The position numbers were made by a program, and so were the translations under genes. DNA of 33,324 nucleotides from Candidatus Omnitrophota bacterium (lineage in GTDB: Bacteria; Omnitrophota; Omnitrophia; Omnitrophales; Aquincolibacteriaceae), in assembly GCA_043803685.1 (NCBI GenBank), contig JAZDJU010000086.1, positions 1-33,324 on the forward strand, read 5' to 3'. A model generated the notes under the pieces. That model was not told the origin of the DNA, searched no databases, and was given only the letters and a program-made list of their open reading frames with translations. Positions within the stretch are counted from its first letter, which is position 1; each line of letters begins with the position of its first letter. This document shows positions 9,137-16,502 of the stretch, piece after piece.

Positions 9137-9197
9137 CGGAAACTGTATGATTTTCCTTCCCTTGGCTTCAGGCCCGAAGGCCCTCTTCGTCAGGAAC
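9100..9197 (-). promoter_or_regulatory. Candidate transcription attenuator / riboswitch-like cis-regulatory RNA
   Basis: Three overlapping, mutually exclusive hairpins: 9157-9196, antiterminator 9126-9169, terminator 9107-9136 (see findings). Confidence 0.7.
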
Positions 9198-9232
9198 TCT
9201 TCAAATTTCAAATTTGAGATTTCAAATACTGA

Positions 9233-10984
9233 TTACCGCCTGTAAATGGGTAGCGGCTGATATTTCGTGTGAAGCAAATGATGGGATTTCTCGCTCAGCG
9301 GCTTCCCGAGAAATTCCTTGTAGAGCTGTTGGACATAAGGATTCTCATGGGAGCAACGAACCGTCTGGGCCTCGTCGTCCGAATAAAGCCCCTTCGCACG
9401 CGCGAGACGCAATTCGTCGGTCACACCATACGGTTGCCCGCCGCCGCCAACACAACCGCCAGGGCAAGCCATGACTTCGACAAAGTGATACGGAAGCGGT
9501 TTGCCTTCTTTCTGCGCTTTCCGGATCTGATCCAGCACATACTCCACATTGGCAAGACCATGGGCAACCGCGATCTTCACTTCGGTCCCTTCGATATTGA
9601 TCGAAGTTTCCTTAACACCTTTCAGACCGCGGACATTCTCAAATTCGACCTTGGGAAGCTTCTTGCCCGTCACAAAGGAGTAAGCCGTCCGGAGCGCGGC
9701 TTCCATCACGCCACCCGTCGCTCCAAAGATCGTCCCGGCGCCGCTATAGTCCCCCAGGATATGATCGCATTCTTCATCCGGCAGGTTCGCAAAATCAATA
9801 CCCGCCTGTTTGATCATACGGGCCAATTCGCGGGTCGTAAGCACCACATCGACATCCTGGAATCCGGAAGCGGACATCTCGGTGCTCCTCGAGATCTCGA
9901 ATTTCTTGGCCGTACACGGCATCACGGAGATCACCTTGAGCTTCGACGCATCGATCTTGTTCTTCTCCGCATAATAAGTCTTCACGAGCACCCCTAGCAT
10001 TTCGTGCGGGGATTTCGCCGAAGAAAAATGAGGGATCATATCGCTATGGAATTTCTCCATAAAATCCACCCAGGACGGACAGCAGGTCGTGATCAAGGGC
10101 AACACGCCCTTTTTATTCACAAAACGTTCAATGAATTCGCTCGCCTCTTCCATGATCGTAACGTCGGCGGCAAAATTCGTGTCAAAGACCGCCTTGAAAC
10201 CCATGCGCCGGAGCGCCGTGTACATCTTCTTGGTAACATTGGCACCGATCGGAAAACCGAACGCCTCGCCGAGCGCCACACGCACCGCGGGAGCGATCTG
10301 GACCACACAGTATTGCTCGGGATCGCGAAGCGCCTTCCAGGCAAGCATCGTGTCGTCTTTTTCAAAGATCGCGCCCGTCGGGCAATGGGCAGCGCACTGG
10401 CCGCAACGGACACAGGGCGACTCCGCGAGACTGATGTCCCCCGCGGGAGCCATTCTTGTATTGAACCCACGCTGAAGGAATGTGAGCGCCCAAACGTCCT
10501 GCACGTTCTGGCAGACATCCACACAGCGTCCGCAATTGATGCATTTCCGGGGCTCGAGCACGATATTCCCGGTCGAATCATCCTTGGGAATGTCGCGGAC
10601 GATCTTTTCATAGAATTCTTCCCGGATCCCGAAATCCGCCACGAGGGACTGGAGTTCACAATTATTGTTCCGGCCGCAAGTCAGACATTCGTTCGGATGA
10701 TTGGAAAGGAAAAGTTCGACCACGGTCCGGCGTATGGAAACGATCTCCGGATCGTGCGTAATGATGTCCATGCCTTCTTCCAGAGGGGTCGAGCAAGCGC
10801 GAAGCATTTTCCGGTTCCCTTTGACCCTTACAAGACAGATGCCGCAGGCCGCCGAGGCGTGAAGATAGGCGTCCGGATGCTTGCAAAGCGTGGGGATCTT
10901 GATCTGTGCTTTCCGTGCCGCGTCCAGGATCGTGGTGTTCTCCGGCACCTCGACCTTGATTCCATTGATCAATGCTTTAACCAT
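9233..10984 (-). CDS. hydA: [FeFe]-hydrogenase catalytic subunit (group A, HndD/HydA type) of the tetrameric enzyme
   Basis: N-terminal [2Fe-2S], His-ligated [4Fe-4S] (HPNECLTC) and 2x[4Fe-4S]; H-cluster motifs TTCCPSW, MPCTAKKFE, EVMACPGGCVGGGGQP; SHHLLHT. Start reassigned to ATG 10984 (SD GGAG). Confidence 0.95.
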   Translation of the reverse strand: MVKALINGIKVEVPENTTILDAARKAQIKIPTLCKHPDAYLHASAACGICLVRVKGNRKMLRACSTPLEEGMDIITHDPEIVSIRRTVVELFLSNHPNECLTCGRNNNCELQSLVADFGIREEFYEKIVRDIPKDDSTGNIVLEPRKCINCGRCVDVCQNVQDVWALTFLQRGFNTRMAPAGDISLAESPCVRCGQCAAHCPTGAIFEKDDTMLAWKALRDPEQYCVVQIAPAVRVALGEAFGFPIGANVTKKMYTALRRMGFKAVFDTNFAADVTIMEEASEFIERFVNKKGVLPLITTCCPSWVDFMEKFHSDMIPHFSSAKSPHEMLGVLVKTYYAEKNKIDASKLKVISVMPCTAKKFEISRSTEMSASGFQDVDVVLTTRELARMIKQAGIDFANLPDEECDHILGDYSGAGTIFGATGGVMEAALRTAYSFVTGKKLPKVEFENVRGLKGVKETSINIEGTEVKIAVAHGLANVEYVLDQIRKAQKEGKPLPYHFVEVMACPGGCVGGGGQPYGVTDELRLARAKGLYSDDEAQTVRCSHENPYVQQLYKEFLGKPLSEKSHHLLHTKYQPLPIYRR

Positions 10985-11019
10985 AACGATTTTTCTCCAG
11001 GATAAAAACTTATGTTGTA

Positions 11020-12759
11020 TTAACTGCGACTGATGGCGCGCGGCTTGCAAACCTCAAAACATTGGCCACAGCGGGTGCATTTGGTCTGATCGATCAGATA
11101 GCCGCTTTCGCGGTTCCCGGAAATGGCGCCCACGGGACATGCCTTGAAACACATACCGCACTTCACGCACTTTTCGCTCAGGATCATGAACCGGATCAGT
11201 TTTTCGCACTTGCAGGCCGGGCATTTCTTTTTATTCACATGAGCGTCATATTCCGCGCGGTAATAATGCAGCGTCGAAAGCACCGGGTTGGGCGCCGTTT
11301 GCCCGAGACCGCAGAGGGATGCCTTTTGCATGGCCACCGAGATCTGCTCCAGCTGTTCCAGGTCCTTTTGCGTCCCGGTCCCGTCCGTGACCTTTTTGAG
11401 AAGTCTCAACATTTGCGTCCCGCCGATACGGCAAGGCGCGCATTTACCGCAAGATTCATCCACGCAGAACCCCAGGTAGAATTTCGCGATATCCGCCATG
11501 CAATCGTCCTCGTCCATCACGATCATGCCGCCGGAGCCCATAATGGAACCCATCTTCTGCAAACTTTCATAATCCACTTTGGTCTGAAAAAATTCTTTCG
11601 GGATCACGCCGCCGGAAGGACCGCCGGTCTGGATCGCCTTGACGTTTTTCCCGCTAAGAGCCCCGCCGCAGATCCCGTAAACGATATCCTCGATCGCAGT
11701 ACCCATGGGCACTTCAACCAGTCCGGAATTCTTCACCTTCCCGGTCACGGCAAATACTTTAGTTCCCTTGGAACTTTCGGTCCCGATCCCCGCGAACCAG
11801 GCGCCGCCTTTCAAGAAAATGACGGGAACATTGGCCAGCGTCTCCACGTTATTGATACAGGTCGGTTTGCCCCAAAGTCCTTTGATCGACGGGAAAGGAG
11901 GCCGCGGACTCGGATAGCCGCGTTTACCTTCGATCGAAGCGATCAGAGCGGTTTCTTCTCCGCACACAAAAGCTCCGGCGCCCAAACGGATCTCAAGATC
12001 CAAATTGAAGGACGAGCCGAGGATCTTTTCACCGAGGATCCCCCGATCGCGGCACTGCTGAATGGCTTTTTCGATCCTTTCGATCGCGAGAGGATATTCC
12101 GCGCGAATATAAAAATAACCCTTGGAAGCGCCGATCGCGTAAGCGCCGATGATCATCCCCTCGATCACGGAATGCGGGTCACCTTCGAGGACACTGCGAT
12201 CCATGTAAGCTCCAGGATCGCCTTCATCGCCGTTACAGATGATGTATTTCTGGTCACCCTGAGCTTTACGCGTGATATCCCATTTCAACCCCGTGGGAAA
12301 TCCCGCGCCGCCGCGACCGCGAAGCCCGGCCGTTTTCATCTCCTGCGCCACTTTTTCGGGCGTGTATTCGCCGAGAACCTTCGCCAAAGCCTGATACCCG
12401 TCGCGGGCGATATAATCTTCAATGCTTTCCGGATCGATCACCCCGCAATTACGAAGCACGATACGAAGCTGTCTGGAGGGTTCCGTATTCGCCTTCCCCT
12501 CCACGGCCTTCCCACCGATCACGCTCGTCTGAACGATCTCAGAGATATCCTGGTCCTGAACATTCGTATAAAGGAAATTCTCCGGGAGAACACGAACCGC
12601 CATCCCTTGGCCGTAGATACCAATATCCGCCACGCGGACTAGCTGGACTTCGTTCTCTAGCCCCTTTTCCCTTATAATCCCGAGAAAAAGCCCGTAGAAA
12701 TCCCGCGTCCTGTCTTTTCCCGTGATCGCTGTATCCTTGATAAAAACCGTCTTGCCCAT
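11020..12759 (-). CDS. hydB: NuoF-like FMN/NAD(H)-binding hydrogenase subunit (HndC/HydB)
   Basis: GLRGRGGAGFPTGLKW, NGDEGDPGAYMDR, GAGAFVCGEETAL, GGPSGG, ESCGKCAPCRIG, CGLGQ, and a C-terminal 2x[4Fe-4S] domain. Confidence 0.93.
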   Translation of the reverse strand: MGKTVFIKDTAITGKDRTRDFYGLFLGIIREKGLENEVQLVRVADIGIYGQGMAVRVLPENFLYTNVQDQDISEIVQTSVIGGKAVEGKANTEPSRQLRIVLRNCGVIDPESIEDYIARDGYQALAKVLGEYTPEKVAQEMKTAGLRGRGGAGFPTGLKWDITRKAQGDQKYIICNGDEGDPGAYMDRSVLEGDPHSVIEGMIIGAYAIGASKGYFYIRAEYPLAIERIEKAIQQCRDRGILGEKILGSSFNLDLEIRLGAGAFVCGEETALIASIEGKRGYPSPRPPFPSIKGLWGKPTCINNVETLANVPVIFLKGGAWFAGIGTESSKGTKVFAVTGKVKNSGLVEVPMGTAIEDIVYGICGGALSGKNVKAIQTGGPSGGVIPKEFFQTKVDYESLQKMGSIMGSGGMIVMDEDDCMADIAKFYLGFCVDESCGKCAPCRIGGTQMLRLLKKVTDGTGTQKDLEQLEQISVAMQKASLCGLGQTAPNPVLSTLHYYRAEYDAHVNKKKCPACKCEKLIRFMILSEKCVKCGMCFKACPVGAISGNRESGYLIDQTKCTRCGQCFEVCKPRAISRS

Positions 12760-12779
12760 ATTTTCTCCGCTTCCTTGAA

Positions 12780-13130
12780 TTAATTAAGCTTCATGTCATA
12801 AATGCGGTCGTTCACAAGCATCTTGCCGCACACGTGTTTTTCCATGATCTTCGTCGCGACGTCCTTATCGACCTTGCCGTAGAACACCGTCGGCATGTTC
12901 TTGATATGGACTTCCACGAGAGGCTCCGCCGAGCACATCCCCACGCACCCGCACTTCTTGATCTCCACATCGGCGTTGTGCTTGCGGCTCTCTTCAAGGA
13001 GAGTCTCGTAGACTTCCTTGGCTCCGGCCGCGATCCCGCAGGTGCTGAACCCCACCTTGATCCAATTCCGGTCCGCTTCCGCGTGGCTTTTCTTGATCGA
13101 ATCCAAACCCTGTTTATTCAATTTAGTCAT
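12780..13130 (-). CDS. Thioredoxin-like [2Fe-2S] ferredoxin subunit (HndB-like)
   Basis: VGFSTCGIAAGA...GCVGMCSAEPLVEV...FYGKV motif; lies between the NuoE-like and NuoF-like genes. Confidence 0.88.
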   Translation of the reverse strand: MTKLNKQGLDSIKKSHAEADRNWIKVGFSTCGIAAGAKEVYETLLEESRKHNADVEIKKCGCVGMCSAEPLVEVHIKNMPTVFYGKVDKDVATKIMEKHVCGKMLVNDRIYDMKLN

Positions 13131-13146
13131 AAAGGTCTCTCTCCCG

Positions 13147-13638
13147 TCATCCCGCCACGGGGGCTTCAGCTTCTTCTGAATAATGAGCGATGATGTCGCC
13201 CATGTCTTTTTTCTTCACGCCGCCATAGATCTTCTCGCCGATCTTCACCACCGGAGCCAACCCGCAACAACCCAGGCACCGCACCATTTCCAGATGGAAC
13301 TGGCCGTCCTTGGTCGTCTCCCCGGGTTTCACGCAAAGAAGATGCTCCAGTTCCCCCAGGATCTCGGCGCCGCCTTTTAGATAGCACGCGGTCCCCATAC
13401 AAACGGAGATCGTGTGTTTCCCGGGCGGGGTCAGACGGAAAAAATGATAGAACGTGATAACTTCATAGATCCGCGCAAGAGGCACATCCAGGATCTCGGA
13501 AAGCACGAGCGAAACATCGCGCGGCACATACCCGTAACGATTCTGGATCTGGTGCAGCACCATGATGAGATTCCCTTCCTTGCCCTTCCAGGAATCCGCG
13601 ATCTCTTTGACTTCTTTTACCAAAACAGCTTTTTCCAT
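13147..13638 (-). CDS. hydC: NuoE-like [2Fe-2S] hydrogenase subunit (HndA/HydC)
   Basis: LIMVLHQIQ..YGY, V.TFY, VCMGTACYLKG, RCLGCCGLAP; SD AGGAG. Confidence 0.93.
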   Translation of the reverse strand: MEKAVLVKEVKEIADSWKGKEGNLIMVLHQIQNRYGYVPRDVSLVLSEILDVPLARIYEVITFYHFFRLTPPGKHTISVCMGTACYLKGGAEILGELEHLLCVKPGETTKDGQFHLEMVRCLGCCGLAPVVKIGEKIYGGVKKKDMGDIIAHYSEEAEAPVAG

Positions 13639-13667
13639 GAAAAAACTCCTCTTCCCCGGTATCTTTT

Positions 13668-14012
13668 CTATGACTTCTTCATTTGATCAATGGCTTTATC
13701 CACAAGCGTTACATAGGTCATGGCGCTGGAACCGCCCACGAGAACGGCCACCATGCAAGACTCCAGCATTTCTTCTTTCGTCCATCCCGCATCCAGACAA
13801 TGCTGGACCGCGCGCGGGATACACACCGGGCACTTCTGGGTCACACTGGCCACGAGAAGCAGCAACCATTTGGTCTTCTCGGGAACCTTCCCGGACTTTA
13901 TAAGAATTTCTTTTTCCTTCACGAACGCATCATACTGCGAAGGCAGGGTCTTGCGGATGTCGACCATGGCTTCGTTGAACTGTTTCAAAAGTTTCAGCGC
14001 ATCGTATTCCAT
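13668..14012 (-). CDS. Carboxymuconolactone decarboxylase/AhpD-like protein with CxxC
   Basis: KTKWLLLLVASVTQKCPVCI..AV..CLDAGWTKEEMLE...VA..VGG pattern. Start taken at ATG 14012 (SD GAGGGGG). Confidence 0.85.
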   Translation of the reverse strand: MEYDALKLLKQFNEAMVDIRKTLPSQYDAFVKEKEILIKSGKVPEKTKWLLLLVASVTQKCPVCIPRAVQHCLDAGWTKEEMLESCMVAVLVGGSSAMTYVTLVDKAIDQMKKS

Positions 14013-14041
14013 CGTAACCCCCTCAGGACCTTTTGAAGCGT

Positions 14042-14659
14042 TCACTTCGGAGAATCACAAAAAAGCGATAAAAACTCGATCGTAAAATCCATGTTCCGGA
14101 CCTGAACTTTGGCCGGCACGCTGATCGACGCCGGCGCGAAATTAACGATCCGCGTCAACCCCGAGAGCACCATATAATCCGCGACTTCCTGACAATGTTC
14201 TTTCGGCACCGCGATGATCCCGATATGCGCATGGAGCCGTTTGATGATCTCAGGCGCCCTCTCCACCGGATAGATCCGGACCCCGTCGATCCTCTTCCCA
14301 ACCTTCTGGTCAGAGACGTCAAAGGCCGCGACTAGCTTCACTTTATCCCGGTGGTAACCCGGATATCTCAAAATAGCGGAACCGAGATTCCCGACCCCAA
14401 AAAGCACCAGGTGCACGACGTTTTTCTGAAGAAGAAAATCTTCGAGCGTTTTCTTCAACTCCACCGTCCTGTAACCGATCCTCGGTTTCCCGATCTTTTT
14501 GAAATTCGAGATATCTTTGCGGATCTTGACGTCCGAAAGACCCGTAATCTCTGAAAGCTGTTTCGAAGAAACCAGATAGCGTTTCTCCTTCAGCAGGCTT
14601 TCCAGGGTCCTGATGTAAAGAAGAACCCGGGTGATCGTTTTGCGGGGGATTTTTTTCAT
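14042..14659 (-). CDS. rex: Redox-sensing transcriptional repressor Rex
   Basis: KIP..TI.R...Y.R.L, SSKQL...IRKDIS.F...G...GY winged-helix domain; Rossmann GVGNLG..I..Y; AAFD; NFAP. Confidence 0.92.
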   Translation of the reverse strand: MKKIPRKTITRVLLYIRTLESLLKEKRYLVSSKQLSEITGLSDVKIRKDISNFKKIGKPRIGYRTVELKKTLEDFLLQKNVVHLVLFGVGNLGSAILRYPGYHRDKVKLVAAFDVSDQKVGKRIDGVRIYPVERAPEIIKRLHAHIGIIAVPKEHCQEVADYMVLSGLTRIVNFAPASISVPAKVQVRNMDFTIEFLSLFCDSPK

Positions 14660-14665
14660 GTCAAA

Positions 14666-14683
14666 TCGTGAAATTCCGAACGA
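14666..14683. promoter_or_regulatory. Putative Rex operator 1 (TCGTGAAATTCCGAACGA)
   Basis: 18-bp imperfect palindrome related to TTGTGAA-N4-TTCACAA; closely matches the site at 20230; lies between the -10 box and the rex ATG. Confidence 0.7.
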
Positions 14684-14687
14684 TTGA

Positions 14688-14716
14688 ATTTTACCAATTT
14701 TTTAAAAACAGCGCAA
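14688..14716 (-). promoter_or_regulatory. Sigma70-type promoter of the rex-hnd operon
   Basis: TTGCGC-N17-TAAAAT with extended TGn. The -35 overlaps a possible terminator hairpin AGCGCA-N9-TGCGCT-GTTTTT that follows the upstream hydA stop. Confidence 0.65.
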
Positions 14717-14729
14717 GAAAAAAATGCGC

Positions 14730-16502
14730 TCAGGTTTTGGGGCGTTCGTGGTAATGCGTGTGAAGCAGATGGTGTGATTTTTCGCCGAGCGGCTTTTTCA
14801 GGAAATCGTCATAAAGCTTTTTGACCTGGGGATTGGTGTGGGACTTCCGGAGTTTCTTCCCGGCATCCTCTTTATAGATGGCGCCAATACGCGCGAGTCG
14901 AACGGAATCGTCGGTATAGCGAGGCTGTCCGCCCCCGCCGATACAACCGCCGGGGCACGTCATGACCTCAATGAAATGATAGTGCGCTTTACCTTCTTTG
15001 ATCTGATCCAGCAAATGCGCCGCGTTCGCCAGACCATGCGCGACCGCTACTTTGACTTCCACATTCTCCAAGAAGGACCATTCCGGGACGGTCCCCTTGA
15101 TCACAAGCGAGGCTTCCTTGATCCCTTGCAATCCTTCCACCGGCGCAAGACGAAGGTCCGCAGCCGGAAATTCGCGACCGGTGACGATTTCATAAACTGT
15201 TCTCAGCGCCGCTTCCATCACACCGCCGGTATTGGCAAAGATATCCGCGGCCCCGGTCGAGATCCCGAGAGGAGAATCCATCGTCCCGTCCTCCAAGCTC
15301 CTAAAATCGATACCGGCCGATTCGATCATGAATCCAAGCTCACGCGTGGTGAGAACATAATCAACATCCTGAAAACCGCTCGAGTTCATTTCAGGACGTT
15401 GGGCCTCGAATTTTTTTGCTGTGCAAGGCATGATCGAGACAACGATCATGTCCTTAGGATCGACGCCCTTTTGGGTCGCATAATAAGTTTTCGCGAGCGC
15501 GCCAAACATCTGCTGAGGCGATTTGCAGGAGGAGAGGTTCGGCAGGAATTCCGGATAATAGTATTCAGAGAACTTGATCCAACCCGGCGAACAGCTCGTG
15601 AACATCGGAAGCGACACAGGCTTCTTCTCGACCAAGGCCTGTTTGAGCCGTGTGAGAAGTTCCGTCCCCTCTTCGATGATGGTCAGATCGGCCGTGAAAT
15701 TCTTATCGAAGACCGAATGAAAACCGACCCGCCGGAGGGCCGTCACCATCTTGCCGGTCACCAGGGTCCCCGGAGGATAACCAAAACATTCGCCAAGCGC
15801 GGCGCGGATCGCCGGAGCCGTTTGCACGACCACGTGCTTCGTTTTGTCTTCGAGCGCCGCCCACACTTTATCGATATCATTTTTTTCCTGGATCGCACCC
15901 ACCGGACAGATGGCCGCGCATTGGCCGCACTGAACGCAAGCGACGCTGTTCAGATCCATCGCAAAAGCCGGACCGATCACGGTTTTGTAGCCGCGATTTT
16001 GCGGAAAAAGTGAGCCGACACCCTGCACTTCCCGGCAGACCGTCACGCATCGGCGGCATTTGATGCATTTTCCGGAATCCCGCACAAGCGCCGGAGTACT
16101 GGTGTCGATCTGAGCCACCGGTTTCTCGCCCTTGTAGTGGATGTCTTCGATCCCCAGATGCGACGCGATCTCTTTGAGTTCACAATCCTCACTACGCGTG
16201 CAGTACTGACAGCTTCCTTCATGTTCGCTCAGGAGCAGTTCCACCACCGTCCGCCGCGCTTCCCGCACTCTGTTATTGTTGGTGTGCACCCGCATACCGT
16301 CCACCGCAGGCGTGGAGCAGGAAGCCACAAGCGTCTTCGCGCCTTCCACTTCCACAAGACAAACACGGCAAGCCCCGATCGGCATCTTTCCCTCGAGGTA
16401 GCAGAGGGTCGGTATCTTGATCCCCAAAGCCTTGGCCGCGTCATAAAGGGTCGCGCCCGCCTTGACCTCCACTTCCTGATGATTCACGAAAAGTTTTGGC
16501 AT
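14730..16502 (-). CDS. hydA: [FeFe]-hydrogenase catalytic subunit (group A3-like HydA) of the trimeric enzyme
   Basis: [2Fe-2S] (IPTLC..ACRVC..SC), HEGSCQYC, 2x[4Fe-4S]; H-cluster motifs TSCSPGW, MPCTAKKFE, EVMTCPGGCIGGGGQP. Confidence 0.95.
   Translation of the reverse strand: MPKLFVNHQEVEVKAGATLYDAAKALGIKIPTLCYLEGKMPIGACRVCLVEVEGAKTLVASCSTPAVDGMRVHTNNNRVREARRTVVELLLSEHEGSCQYCTRSEDCELKEIASHLGIEDIHYKGEKPVAQIDTSTPALVRDSGKCIKCRRCVTVCREVQGVGSLFPQNRGYKTVIGPAFAMDLNSVACVQCGQCAAICPVGAIQEKNDIDKVWAALEDKTKHVVVQTAPAIRAALGECFGYPPGTLVTGKMVTALRRVGFHSVFDKNFTADLTIIEEGTELLTRLKQALVEKKPVSLPMFTSCSPGWIKFSEYYYPEFLPNLSSCKSPQQMFGALAKTYYATQKGVDPKDMIVVSIMPCTAKKFEAQRPEMNSSGFQDVDYVLTTRELGFMIESAGIDFRSLEDGTMDSPLGISTGAADIFANTGGVMEAALRTVYEIVTGREFPAADLRLAPVEGLQGIKEASLVIKGTVPEWSFLENVEVKVAVAHGLANAAHLLDQIKEGKAHYHFIEVMTCPGGCIGGGGQPRYTDDSVRLARIGAIYKEDAGKKLRKSHTNPQVKKLYDDFLKKPLGEKSHHLLHTHYHERPKT

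Noticed and set aside
9160..9195. Hammerhead ribozyme or SAM-I riboswitch (CTGACGA...stem...GAAG)
   Set aside because: The hammerhead GAAA core and stems I/III are missing, as are the SAM-I P1 AUC and P3 GCAAC elements. Kept only as an unclassified attenuator.
15700..15712. FDKNF in place of the usual FDTNF in HydA
   Set aside because: A single-base difference that could be a polymorphism or sequencing error; all H-cluster motifs are otherwise present.
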